Shown here piece by piece: positions 15,665 through 24,917 of a stretch of 25,450 nt of DNA (within the stretch, counting starts at the first letter, position 1; each line of letters begins with the position of its first letter). The notes under the pieces are model-generated. The model searched no databases and was not told the origin of the DNA. It worked only from the letters and a program-made list of their open reading frames with translations. The stretch spans positions 1 to 25,450 of IMG/VR virus record IMGVR_UViG_3300044448_000819; one strand, 5' to 3'. The position numbers and the translations under genes were made by a program. Source of the DNA: a virus (Duplodnaviria; Caudoviricetes).

Positions 15665-18600
15665 ATGCCTCCAACTAGAGAAGATTATTTAAACACTTTA
15701 ACAAATAACGCTGCAACTCCTGTTCCCCAAACAAATTATGCGCCTATACGTGGGTCGGCACGTAGACCAACTCCTGCTTTGACCCCTGACGTTCTTGCTG
15801 GTGTGCAAGAACGTTTAAAGCCTTGGACCACAGGAAACACTGACGCTGGAGGTGTCGGTGGTTTCATAATGAAAGCATTAGGGGCGCTTGATATGCCTCG
15901 TTCCGCTATCGCTTCCACTATTCAGGAAACTGTGGACCTATTCCAAGGAGAAGGGTTTTCTGGTTCCGACTGGTTACAGCAAACCCGTCAACATCACGGG
16001 TTTGGTGACATTATCGCTGACATGGGTATTGATGCTGGCTTAGGCGGTTGGGGTAACCGTATTCTAGGTTTCGTTGGGGATGTCGCTACTGATCCTTTGA
16101 TGTGGCTTGGCGGTATGGGTGCTTACAGCAGGGCTAGAGGTGCGGCTGGTCTTATAGACGACATGGGTGTAAGAGTGGGGCAACTTAAAAAAATGGGTGA
16201 CACTGGACCTGAGTTGGCTGCTTTGAGTGACGCTATTTCAGCGGCTGGTAAAAACAAGAGTGTTTCGGCAGCCCGTAATACTTTGATTAGAAATCATGGG
16301 GATGTTGGTGCTCGTATCGTTGATGATCTGGGTATAGGAACTGGTTTGAAAGTAAGGGTTCCGGGCACTGGACCTGTGTTGGGTCGTATTTCTCGCTCTA
16401 CTCCTTTTCTGGAAATGTCTGCTGCTCGCAGAGCAAGCCAAGTTCCGTTGTTTACTCAGCGTAGGTTGGCGGAATCTTTAGGGGATGAATCGTTAGAAAA
16501 TCTTATTAGGACTGCTTCTAGAAGGGAAGCGTTTGATGAAAGTGTCAACCAGACTGTGCGTGAAGTTGCTCGTAGAGCAGCGTACATGCCTGTTGAATTT
16601 TCTATTCCTATCCTTAAGGGAACGTTTGGGACTATTCAAGCGTTGCCGGGTTCTTTAGTTAACCGTGCTGCTGTAACAAAATTTGGTGCGGCTATGGGTC
16701 AAAGGTTGGGGACCACTCAATCTAACATGATTGCTTCTATGGCTCGTTCTGAAAACCCTGACCAAGTTATTCTTTCTTCTATTATTAAACGAGGCAATTT
16801 CAGAGGAGATGCTTTATCTTCTCGTTGGACAGACCTTGGTCAAAGAGTGAACGAGGAATTTGGGAACCGTGTCGCTACCCGTTACGGGGTTAGAGATGAT
16901 CTGGTTTTGGGTCGTTTAACCCAAAACGTTTCTGACACTGTGGTTGCTTCTATTAAAGATGGATCTATTGCTCCTGAGATGGTGGCTAAGTTAGCAAAAG
17001 ATTTTCCTAACCTTTCGTTAACGCAAATAGCGGAGATTCGCTCTTTGTTTAACGATGTGGTAAATAAGAATTTAGAAACATTCCTTTTACGACCTGATGT
17101 TTATGGACCTGATGGCAGAGTTTCTAAAATGTTTCAACAGGTAAGGGATGAGTATGGGGGATACAGTCCACAGTCTTTAGAGAGAGATGCAGTTGGCGGG
17201 TTTGATAACGGTAAAACTCTTCTTACTTATATTTGGAGAGACACTCCTGAAGATCAGATACCTGATTGGGTTAAAGGTTTGTTAGAACCTGATGTTGATT
17301 ATGCTTCTATTGCTACAGCGACTGAGGCGAGAAATAGAAACTGGTCGCGTCACTTGCAAGAGCGTTCTTTACGTCCGGCTCATTTTGATTCTACAGGAAA
17401 ATTTGTTAAGGGAACAGAGATAACTATTCCTTACAAAAATAATCCTGAAAGTTTTTTTAAGATGAAATTAAAAAGCCAACTGCCTACCGAGGGGAAAAAT
17501 CCTTTGCTTACTTCTTGGCCTAAAGGGGATGTTCGGTTTGGTATGTCTGTCCCTGAACAAGTTGATTATGCTTTGAAGCGTGCGGGTTGGCTTGGGCCTG
17601 AAGAATCTGTTTATATGCAAAGGTTCTCTGCGCGACAAAACGGTTACATTTCTTCTTTGTCTAGAGATATTCGTTTAGCAGCAAACGAACAGTATCTGGC
17701 TTCTAGAGGCATTTTGTTGAATGTGGAAGAGTTTGATAATTATTTTCAGTTGATGCAAAATTATGACAGTACCGCTCAAAGGCTAGTTAATGTTATAAGT
17801 AAGCAAGATGCTAAAATGAAAGCGAAACAATCTGAGATTGAAACCATTGCTACTGTTGAAGGAGGGCTGAAACATACTTTTGCGAATACTAGAAGGTGGC
17901 GTGAAGCCGCTGTTGCTGGCCGTGAAAAATATGCTACTGAGATAGATGATCTTCTTAAACCTTTAGATGAACTTCTTGGCGGGACTGCTGCCCGTATGGA
18001 ACTTTCTGGTTTGATTAAAAGCGGTCAAGTGTCTGAAGCGGAGATTCGTTCTTTATTGCGAGAGGCCGGTCAGACTCTCGCTGAAAGCAATCATCTTGTT
18101 GACGAGTTGTGGTCCTTACGTAAAGAATTAGATTCTTTACTAGCGAGGGCTGGTTTGCAGCCTCCTGAAAGAGCAATCGTTAGAGAGGCTGATGGCAGAT
18201 TAAGTGTTTACCACGGGCTAGAAGATCCTCCTGCTGTTTTACCGGGTGAGGAACTTTTATATGGTAAAGCATTTAATGAGAATTTGGATGTTGTTCGTGA
18301 CATCGTTCCGATTATGGAACGATTACAAGTTCTTAGTGCCCGTTCTGATGTTGTTGACCAAGGCTTAGTTAAGTTAGGGAGTGTTATAGATCAGTTAGAA
18401 ACTTTAGCCCCTAACGGAAATGTTTTTGTTGGCGACATCGCTGCACGTATCGCAGATGATATCAAATTTATTAGAGAAGATTTGATAGAGGACATTAGTT
18501 CTAAGATGGACAAGTTGATGGTTAATGATGAGACTGTCCTGAAAATGAAAGGGTATGAACATTTTTTCCGTGGAGAGTATAACCAGTATTATCCTTCTCA

Positions 18601-21600
18601 GTTGTACCGTAATTCTGAAGAAATGTTTGATTCGTTTAACGGAGTAGTTGTTGAACCAGATGGTACTCCTTCCACTCTTGGGAATTGGTTTAGAGGAAAT
18701 TCTCATGGCATACCCAGAAGCAGGGAACAGTTGGATTCGTTAAATGGTTTTGCTAGTCACCCTCGTGCTGCGGAATTGCAGAAAATTTCTGAAGATGCTT
18801 TAAAACTTAAAGAAGAAACTAAAATTTACGTATCAGTGACTGCCGATTTTGAAGATCATTCTATAGGTTGGTCAATGATTGAAGACAAACATGGGGCACT
18901 AATTCCTCTTACTGAAAACCCAGTTGAAGTATCATGGTCTGTAGCAGGTGATACACGCCTTGGTAGCGTAGTTTCTGATGCCGCTATGCAAACCGGAATC
19001 CCCGAATCAGAATTGTCACAAAGGATTATGAGCATTGTGGGGCGATGGATGAACAATACTGTTCTTCTGCACGCTGATATGTCGGGAAGAGTTTTAACTG
19101 CAACCGTTGAATCTGAAACAGCGGAATTGTTTTGGAAAAATTTAATTTCTTTAGACGGCAATTTACCTCCAGCCTTAAGAGGCGGGATAGAAGTTGACTC
19201 AATTTTTCCTGAACCAACGGATGTTTTTAAACAGTCCGCTAAAGGTAACGCTCAGTTAGAAATTAACATGAGACCTATTGAAGATTTTTTTGGAGATATT
19301 GAAGAACGCTTACTTAGAACAGACCCTGTGGGTATGAACGCAGAGCAGGCGGAAGATGTTTGGTCTGCTTTACAAGATATAACATCTCCTAGAATGGGGG
19401 TAAGTTGGCTTTCTACATTAGACCCAGAAGATCCTTTTAAACTTCAACGATTATGGAATGAAGCATGGGACGATGAAGTTTTTGAATCTGGCTTTCAAAT
19501 ATCTGGCTTTGCGGAAGATATTTTTGATGAGTCAACATTGCTTGCAAGACGGGAATTGCGAGACTACTTGGAAGAAATAAATTTCACAACAGAACTTGTA
19601 AACGTTATTAAGCGTAGAATGAATATGGATTACAGGCGGTACAACAATTACGGTAGAACTGGTTTCAGGGCAAATACTGGTCCTAATACATATACGCCTA
19701 TGACCGCACAAAGTTGGATTGACCTGCAAGGTTATAATCAATGGGATTCTGTGGAATTTATTAGGCGTGAACCTTTGTCTCATGCCCAATACGAGGCAGC
19801 CGGAATGATACCCAACCAGCAGAACGGCCTGTGGTTTATTAAAGACGGTAAAAAAATACCGGACGTTGTTGCCACCAAAGCGAACTTGTTAACTGGTTCT
19901 ACAATTTCTACACGTTTAGGTCGTGGAGTAGCAGACCCATCTGATTGGGTTCCTGATTTTAAAGAACTTGAATCTGTGATACACCACGAATTTTCTCAGA
20001 GTGTTTTATCTAAGGAATTGTTTACAAAAGCACCGGAAGATTTACAGAAAATTATTGATGCTGTCAATAATTTACGTGGCGTTACCGGCGCACGTGTTCC
20101 TTTTGTCGGCGCTACTGGTGCGGTTAGTCCTGTTGTTTCTCAAACTCCTTTTTCAGCGACAATAGATTCGTTGTTTTCTACTGCCGGAAGATTGCCGAGT
20201 AGGGTTCCTTCTTTTGAAGAAAGTTTCATATCGTTGTCAAGAGCAACAGGAGGCAACCCTACTTTAGATGACATACACAATATGTTTAAACAATTAGAGT
20301 CAGCGCGAATGACTCGTACGGCAATTTTCTCTGAAGAAGGAAAATTGCTTACATCGCTACGACCAGAAACAAGGATAGAAGATCTTATTGAGTTGTCTAC
20401 GTTGGTGAAAGAAATTGACGCTAAGTTACCTGCCGCTCGTAAAGCATACGCTGGTGCGTTAGACAGGATTTTGAATGACCAAACTGAAAAACTTTTGTAC
20501 TTGCAAAAAAGACATGCTGAGTTCGCTAAGAGCGAAGCGTACTGGCAGCAAAGATCTGGTGCTGCTGGTAAGCAGTATGCTGAGGGGCAAAGATCTTTGT
20601 ATCAAATGATGGCTAATAAAGAAAATTTAGAAACTCAACTTTTGATGAACGATGCTCGGAAAATCCAAACGCATGAAGAACTTGTTGTAAAACGTTTCGC
20701 TAAAACTGAAAACGATTTATACAATTTAAATGGTTTAGGTCAAGGAGATTTTGATATAAAAAATATTTCCATAGATGACATTCAGGCTCTTTTCAATGAG
20801 CAGCAAAGAATGTGGGGTCCGTGGAGAATTTCTGGAGATCAAGAGTTTGCCGATCAAGTCACTTATGCGCTGTTAGCAGCACAGAAGATGAATGATCGGC
20901 AACAGGTCAAAGGGTTTTTGCAGCATTACGACAGAGTTCATAATTGGATGAAAGCACAGATGGTGGCTACTCCGGGGTTCGTTACTCGTAACATTATGGG
21001 TGGGATGTTTAACATGTGGGTAGACGACATCCCACTATCTGCCACTTTGCAAACTGGTAAGATGATAGAGAAAGCATATCGTTTAGGTAAAGGCGATTTG
21101 TTGGCTGGATTAAAAGCAATAAAGAATCCTTCTGAAGAAGTCAAGTTTGCTATTGAGTTGGTTCAGCAGGGTGCTCATGCGGGTGGTCAGGCTGCTTCTG
21201 CTGTTGAACGAAATCTTTTACTTGACCGTAAACTGCAATGGATTCTAGGTACGAAGAATGGTGCCGCTAAGGGTTGGCGAGTAAACCTTAATCCTTTGGA
21301 TGCTCAGTTTGTTTTGTATTCTAGTATTCGTAACGCTAACACGTTCGCTGAGGAAATGTTAAGGCTCGCTACTGGTGTTCATGCTATGCGAATCGGCGGC
21401 ACTTTAGATGACGCTATAGAAAGCATTTACAAACTGCATTTTAATTACGGCAACTTATCTTCTTTTGAAAGCGGCGCAATGAAACGTGTGTTCCCTTTCT
21501 ATACTTGGTCACGTAACAACTTACCTCTTCAAATTTCTCAACTGGCCGCTAACCCGAAACGTTACAACAGGTTACTTAGCATTAAACGTAATTTGGAATA

Positions 21601-22201
21601 CGGAACTGAAGAAGAAGGTAATGTGCCTAGTTATTTCTTGGAACCTTTTGGTTTCCGTTTACCTTTCAGTATCGGTGGAAGTCAGGTTTACTCCGTACCT
21701 GATCTTCCTTTCCAAGATTTGTTAAGGTTTGACCCTACTGGTGTCGGGTTTGTTGATGCTGCTCAACACATTCTTTCTTCTGGTTCTCCGATGATTAAAG
21801 TCCCGTTGGAGTATTGGGGAGGTAAACAGTTCTTTAAAGGCATCCCTTACACTGGTCGTTACCAGCAGGTTCCCACTCCGTGGGAAAAAATACCGGGGTT
21901 AATGCCTGCATTAAACATGATCGGGTGGGCAGAAAAAAATAATAGGGGGGAATGGAAGATGATGGATTCCCGCATAGCGGTTATGGATGGCTTGATGCCA
22001 TACATAGGCCGTCTCCGGCGTATGATCCCTAATGAAAGCCGTTATCAAGAACGCATGATTCAAACTCTTACTTCTACTTTAGGCGGTTTAAGCATTAGGA
22101 TTAACACACCGTACGAGCAAAGGATGCAGGTGATTCGTCAAATGATTGAAGACGATAAAGAGTGGCGTGATGAACGAGACATTCGTTTTAGACAGCGCTG
22201 A
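15665..22201 (+). CDS. Very large internal virion (ejection) protein, 2178 aa
   Basis: N-terminal LGFVGDVATDPLMW and C-terminal PGFVTRN...FPFYTWSRNNLPLQ motifs recur in large podovirus ejection proteins; mostly helical; Cys-free. Confidence 0.65.
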   Translation: MPPTREDYLNTLTNNAATPVPQTNYAPIRGSARRPTPALTPDVLAGVQERLKPWTTGNTDAGGVGGFIMKALGALDMPRSAIASTIQETVDLFQGEGFSGSDWLQQTRQHHGFGDIIADMGIDAGLGGWGNRILGFVGDVATDPLMWLGGMGAYSRARGAAGLIDDMGVRVGQLKKMGDTGPELAALSDAISAAGKNKSVSAARNTLIRNHGDVGARIVDDLGIGTGLKVRVPGTGPVLGRISRSTPFLEMSAARRASQVPLFTQRRLAESLGDESLENLIRTASRREAFDESVNQTVREVARRAAYMPVEFSIPILKGTFGTIQALPGSLVNRAAVTKFGAAMGQRLGTTQSNMIASMARSENPDQVILSSIIKRGNFRGDALSSRWTDLGQRVNEEFGNRVATRYGVRDDLVLGRLTQNVSDTVVASIKDGSIAPEMVAKLAKDFPNLSLTQIAEIRSLFNDVVNKNLETFLLRPDVYGPDGRVSKMFQQVRDEYGGYSPQSLERDAVGGFDNGKTLLTYIWRDTPEDQIPDWVKGLLEPDVDYASIATATEARNRNWSRHLQERSLRPAHFDSTGKFVKGTEITIPYKNNPESFFKMKLKSQLPTEGKNPLLTSWPKGDVRFGMSVPEQVDYALKRAGWLGPEESVYMQRFSARQNGYISSLSRDIRLAANEQYLASRGILLNVEEFDNYFQLMQNYDSTAQRLVNVISKQDAKMKAKQSEIETIATVEGGLKHTFANTRRWREAAVAGREKYATEIDDLLKPLDELLGGTAARMELSGLIKSGQVSEAEIRSLLREAGQTLAESNHLVDELWSLRKELDSLLARAGLQPPERAIVREADGRLSVYHGLEDPPAVLPGEELLYGKAFNENLDVVRDIVPIMERLQVLSARSDVVDQGLVKLGSVIDQLETLAPNGNVFVGDIAARIADDIKFIREDLIEDISSKMDKLMVNDETVLKMKGYEHFFRGEYNQYYPSQLYRNSEEMFDSFNGVVVEPDGTPSTLGNWFRGNSHGIPRSREQLDSLNGFASHPRAAELQKISEDALKLKEETKIYVSVTADFEDHSIGWSMIEDKHGALIPLTENPVEVSWSVAGDTRLGSVVSDAAMQTGIPESELSQRIMSIVGRWMNNTVLLHADMSGRVLTATVESETAELFWKNLISLDGNLPPALRGGIEVDSIFPEPTDVFKQSAKGNAQLEINMRPIEDFFGDIEERLLRTDPVGMNAEQAEDVWSALQDITSPRMGVSWLSTLDPEDPFKLQRLWNEAWDDEVFESGFQISGFAEDIFDESTLLARRELRDYLEEINFTTELVNVIKRRMNMDYRRYNNYGRTGFRANTGPNTYTPMTAQSWIDLQGYNQWDSVEFIRREPLSHAQYEAAGMIPNQQNGLWFIKDGKKIPDVVATKANLLTGSTISTRLGRGVADPSDWVPDFKELESVIHHEFSQSVLSKELFTKAPEDLQKIIDAVNNLRGVTGARVPFVGATGAVSPVVSQTPFSATIDSLFSTAGRLPSRVPSFEESFISLSRATGGNPTLDDIHNMFKQLESARMTRTAIFSEEGKLLTSLRPETRIEDLIELSTLVKEIDAKLPAARKAYAGALDRILNDQTEKLLYLQKRHAEFAKSEAYWQQRSGAAGKQYAEGQRSLYQMMANKENLETQLLMNDARKIQTHEELVVKRFAKTENDLYNLNGLGQGDFDIKNISIDDIQALFNEQQRMWGPWRISGDQEFADQVTYALLAAQKMNDRQQVKGFLQHYDRVHNWMKAQMVATPGFVTRNIMGGMFNMWVDDIPLSATLQTGKMIEKAYRLGKGDLLAGLKAIKNPSEEVKFAIELVQQGAHAGGQAASAVERNLLLDRKLQWILGTKNGAAKGWRVNLNPLDAQFVLYSSIRNANTFAEEMLRLATGVHAMRIGGTLDDAIESIYKLHFNYGNLSSFESGAMKRVFPFYTWSRNNLPLQISQLAANPKRYNRLLSIKRNLEYGTEEEGNVPSYFLEPFGFRLPFSIGGSQVYSVPDLPFQDLLRFDPTGVGFVDAAQHILSSGSPMIKVPLEYWGGKQFFKGIPYTGRYQQVPTPWEKIPGLMPALNMIGWAEKNNRGEWKMMDSRIAVMDGLMPYIGRLRRMIPNESRYQERMIQTLTSTLGGLSIRINTPYEQRMQVIRQMIEDDKEWRDERDIRFRQR

Positions 22202-22204
22202 CAC

Positions 22205-22228
22205 GGGACAGAGGAGCCTGTTATAATA
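22205..22228 (+). promoter_or_regulatory. Putative late promoter motif GGGACA-N14-AATA, copy 5
   Basis: GGGACA gaggagcctgttat AATA just after the 2178-aa gene stop, ahead of the lysis module; overlaps a GAGGAG RBS and a TATAAT. Confidence 0.5.
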
Positions 22229-22353
22229 TGGAAGAAGAAAAAGAAACTGAGCAACCTGACGCAGTTCCAGCGAAAGCCGCTGAATCTGCTGAAACTTTGA
22301 GAGAAATGGGTTTGGCTAATCATCATCATTCCCCTAGATCGTTTGGAAAATAA
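22228..22353 (+). CDS. 41-aa hypothetical microprotein (not in ORF track)
   Basis: MEEEKETEQPDAVPAKAAESAETLREMGLANHHHSPRSFGK; GAGGAG upstream; ends 1 nt before the endolysin ATG. Confidence 0.55.
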   Translation: MEEEKETEQPDAVPAKAAESAETLREMGLANHHHSPRSFGK

Positions 22354-22354
22354 T

Positions 22355-23128
22355 ATGGATTTTAATTTGCCAGTAACTTCTAAGTGGGTGCGTACAGAAG
22401 AACTGCATCCGAAGTTTAAGTATCGTTTGAACCAGTTTTTTAAAGATAACCGTATCGCTGGTCGTGTAAAGATTGTCAGCGGCGTACGCACGCTAGCCCA
22501 GCAGCAAGCCTTATATGACAAGTACAAGGCAGGCCGAGGGAACCTCGCTGCGAACCCGAACAGACGCATGTCCAATGGTATGAGAGGCTCATACCATATG
22601 GCTCAGGAGGCTTTCGGTGGTTACGGTTACGCTGTTGATTTAAGGATCACAGGTAAGGGGCTGTCTACGGAGGAAGTTAACCGTATCGCAGCGGAGTACG
22701 GCTGTGTAAAAACGGTTCCTAGTGAGTGGTGGCATGTATGTCCGGGTCGTGTGCAGGGTTCAGAGTTTGTTTGGTTTGACGCTCCTGCCGTTTCAGGAGA
22801 TGAAACGTTAGACGCTGCTCAGATGGAACCTAAAACTCCTTTGCAGATTTTTGCTGAGGCTGTCGCTGAGGCTCGCAGGTTTGTGTTACGAAAAGGTAAC
22901 AAAGGGCCACACGTCAGAGTTCTTCAACTTTACTTAGAACAAGAGGGATTTAACACAGCACGAAATAAGAGTCGTTCTCGTAAAGGTGCAGGGGTGGATG
23001 GGATTTTTGGTTCAGGCACAAAGGCTGCCGTTATGAAATTCCAAGACTCAGAATCTATTAACACAGGTAAAAAACTTAAAGTAGACGGGATTGTCGGTCC
23101 TGCTACTTGGGATGCCTTAATTAACTAG
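22355..23128 (+). CDS. Endolysin: M15-family Zn peptidase plus C-terminal peptidoglycan-binding domain
   Basis: SGVRTLAQQQALY, SYH...AVD and EWWH Zn-binding motifs; LRKG..G..V..LQ, VDGIFG..T..AV..FQ and VDGIVGPATW PG_binding_1 pattern. Confidence 0.88.
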   Translation: MDFNLPVTSKWVRTEELHPKFKYRLNQFFKDNRIAGRVKIVSGVRTLAQQQALYDKYKAGRGNLAANPNRRMSNGMRGSYHMAQEAFGGYGYAVDLRITGKGLSTEEVNRIAAEYGCVKTVPSEWWHVCPGRVQGSEFVWFDAPAVSGDETLDAAQMEPKTPLQIFAEAVAEARRFVLRKGNKGPHVRVLQLYLEQEGFNTARNKSRSRKGAGVDGIFGSGTKAAVMKFQDSESINTGKKLKVDGIVGPATWDALIN

Positions 23129-23136
23129 GAGTATTT

Positions 23137-23421
23137 ATGGCTGCTAAAAAAGATCCACGGTTAGCAAGAGCAGGCGTTTCTGGGTATAACAAACCTAAAC
23201 GCACACCTAATCATGCCACAAAGTCTCATGTTGTAGTCGCTAAAGAAGGCGATCAAATTAAAACAATTCGTTTTGGACAACAGGGAGTTAAGGGTGCAGG
23301 TAAAAATCCTACATCCGCTAAAGAAAAAGCAAGAAAAAAATCGTTTAAGGCTCGTCATGCGAAGAACATTTCTAAAGGAAAAATGTCTGCTGCGTATTGG
23401 GCTAATAAAACGAAATGGTAA
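23137..23421 (+). CDS. Highly basic conserved phage protein
   Basis: KSHVVVA...IRFGQQG...RKKSFKARH...SAAYWA..W pattern, which I recall from environmental phages; AGGAG RBS. Confidence 0.75.
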   Translation: MAAKKDPRLARAGVSGYNKPKRTPNHATKSHVVVAKEGDQIKTIRFGQQGVKGAGKNPTSAKEKARKKSFKARHAKNISKGKMSAAYWANKTKW

Positions 23422-23433
23422 ACAGGAGGAAAA

Positions 23434-23520
23434 ATGCCAAGAGTTGCTGGAAAAAAATATCCTTACACCGCTAAGGGTAAAGCCGCTGCTGCTAAAGCAA
23501 GAAAAAGAAAGAAGAAATAA
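23434..23520 (+). CDS. 28-aa Lys/Ala-rich microprotein (not in ORF track)
   Basis: MPRVAGKKYPYTAKGKAAAAKARKRKKK; AGGAGGA RBS; TAATG overlap with the holin. Confidence 0.75.
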   Translation: MPRVAGKKYPYTAKGKAAAAKARKRKKK

Positions 23521-23729
23521 TGGATTATAAAGATCTCGCTGAGAGAACAGGGGCAACATTTGTTCAAGCCGCTGTTGGTGCTATGGGTACTAACGCTTTC
23601 CTTGACCTTGGTGTAGACCAATGGAAAATGATTGTTATGGCTGGCGTGTCTGCTGCTCTTTCAGTTTTGAAAGGTGCTGCTGCTGCACGTTTGGCTGGAA
23701 CCAAGGGTTCTGCTTCTCTGGTTGATTAA
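23520..23729 (+). CDS. Holin, r1t-like
   Basis: DLAERTGATFVQA matches the r1t holin ER..kTF.Q motif; two hydrophobic segments; near the endolysin. Confidence 0.75.
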   Translation: MDYKDLAERTGATFVQAAVGAMGTNAFLDLGVDQWKMIVMAGVSAALSVLKGAAAARLAGTKGSASLVD

Positions 23730-24028
23730 TGGATAAACAATGGGATGAATGGTGCGAGGAATACTCGTATCTCGGTGAGGAAATCTTCAAAGATTTAGCC
23801 ACCGAATCTCACTTGTTTGATACTAGAGATGGGGTTCACGCCAAGTTCACTCAGGATGGTGAACTTGGCTTACTTCTTGTCTTTGATCCAGATGAGGCTG
23901 ACGGTTTATTAGCCGCTTACTATGCAGGGTTGGATGGGGTTGAAGAGGCTACAGCCACGTTTGCAATGTGGGCTGGTTCTTTGATGGGGATGATTCGCCA
24001 CATTATGGATTCTTTAGAGGATTATTAA
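23729..24028 (+). CDS. Acidic hypothetical protein
   Basis: TAATG-coupled to the holin; last gene of the + strand operon. Confidence 0.65.
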   Translation: MDKQWDEWCEEYSYLGEEIFKDLATESHLFDTRDGVHAKFTQDGELGLLLVFDPDEADGLLAAYYAGLDGVEEATATFAMWAGSLMGMIRHIMDSLEDY

Positions 24029-24402
24029 AAGTCTCTGTACATCCATCTCTGAACTCTTTTATCTTGGCTTAGGTCTAACATGAGTCTGCGCCTGATCTTG
24101 TCTCTGCGTCGTGCTAGAGATGTTTTAGGTATGTTGACTATCTTTCCTGTGACCCGTAAGGAGAGATTCGCTACGAATATTAGGTTGAATATGAATCTAT
24201 CTTCTTCAGGTAGGTTATCTATTGCTTCTCCGACTGCTTCTTTAAGATCGGAGGTTGCTTCTATGGTGCTGATTAAAGGTTGGTCGCCGGGTGCAAGCAC
24301 CATGAGTTGTTCTAACTCTGTTTCATAGCGGTGTGTTTTCGCTCCGGCTGTTGATAATTCTTCGTCTGTAAAGTTTTTTACTAGGTCTTTTCTTCTTGCC
24401 AT
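24025..24402 (-). CDS. Stand-alone sigma-70 region 4-like HTH protein (putative late transcription activator)
   Basis: AIDNLPEEDRFIFNL...NLSLRVTGKIVNIPKTSLARRRDKIRRRL fits the sigma4 consensus; 125 aa with no recognisable region 2. Confidence 0.75.
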   Translation of the reverse strand: MARRKDLVKNFTDEELSTAGAKTHRYETELEQLMVLAPGDQPLISTIEATSDLKEAVGEAIDNLPEEDRFIFNLIFVANLSLRVTGKIVNIPKTSLARRRDKIRRRLMLDLSQDKRVQRWMYRDF

Positions 24403-24917
24403 TGTCCATTTTTGTTATATCCCTCAAATTCTGTGACGCTTTTTAACAGAGTTGATGCGATATTCCTTGTGGAGTCTGGCGCATAACTTGACGGTTTTCC
24501 TTTTTCCCACGCTTCATCGTGATCTATCCAGCCTAAAATATCTATGCTGCGTAGTTCCGGTGGTTCTGGTTGCGCTACGAAAAGGATAAGCCCTTTACCT
24601 AATTGACGTTTACGCACAGCCGCATCGGGGCTGGTGCGTATCCGTCTAACTTCTATGTTGGTTCCCACATCTGGCAGGTCTTTGTATTGTTTGTGTTTAC
24701 TACCTGACCAAACGTGACCACCCCAGTATTGGTTGATTGCTTTTGCTACAGCGAGTTCGCAAACTGCTGCTGCTACTTGTGCTGTGCGGTTATCTTCCAT
24801 GCGGAAATGATCGTAATGCTTGGCATCTGCTTTGCCCCAGTTCTCAGCGTAACGCCGGATACCTACTTGGCTAGCGTGCTCATATTCCCACGGTTCTAAT
24901 TCAATCCGTACTGTCAT
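24381..24917 (-). CDS. Hypothetical protein, possible PD-(D/E)XK nuclease fold
   Basis: CELAVAK...PDVG..IEVR spacing resembles E...PD...ExK. Start could be 24917 or 24923. Confidence 0.5.
   Translation of the reverse strand: MTVRIELEPWEYEHASQVGIRRYAENWGKADAKHYDHFRMEDNRTAQVAAAVCELAVAKAINQYWGGHVWSGSKHKQYKDLPDVGTNIEVRRIRTSPDAAVRKRQLGKGLILFVAQPEPPELRSIDILGWIDHDEAWEKGKPSSYAPDSTRNIASTLLKSVTEFEGYNKNGQWQEEKT

Noticed and set aside
23273-23530. 85-aa + strand ORF
   Set aside because: Overlaps the 94-aa gene and the 28-aa ORF, both of which have clear RBSs and fit the operon better.
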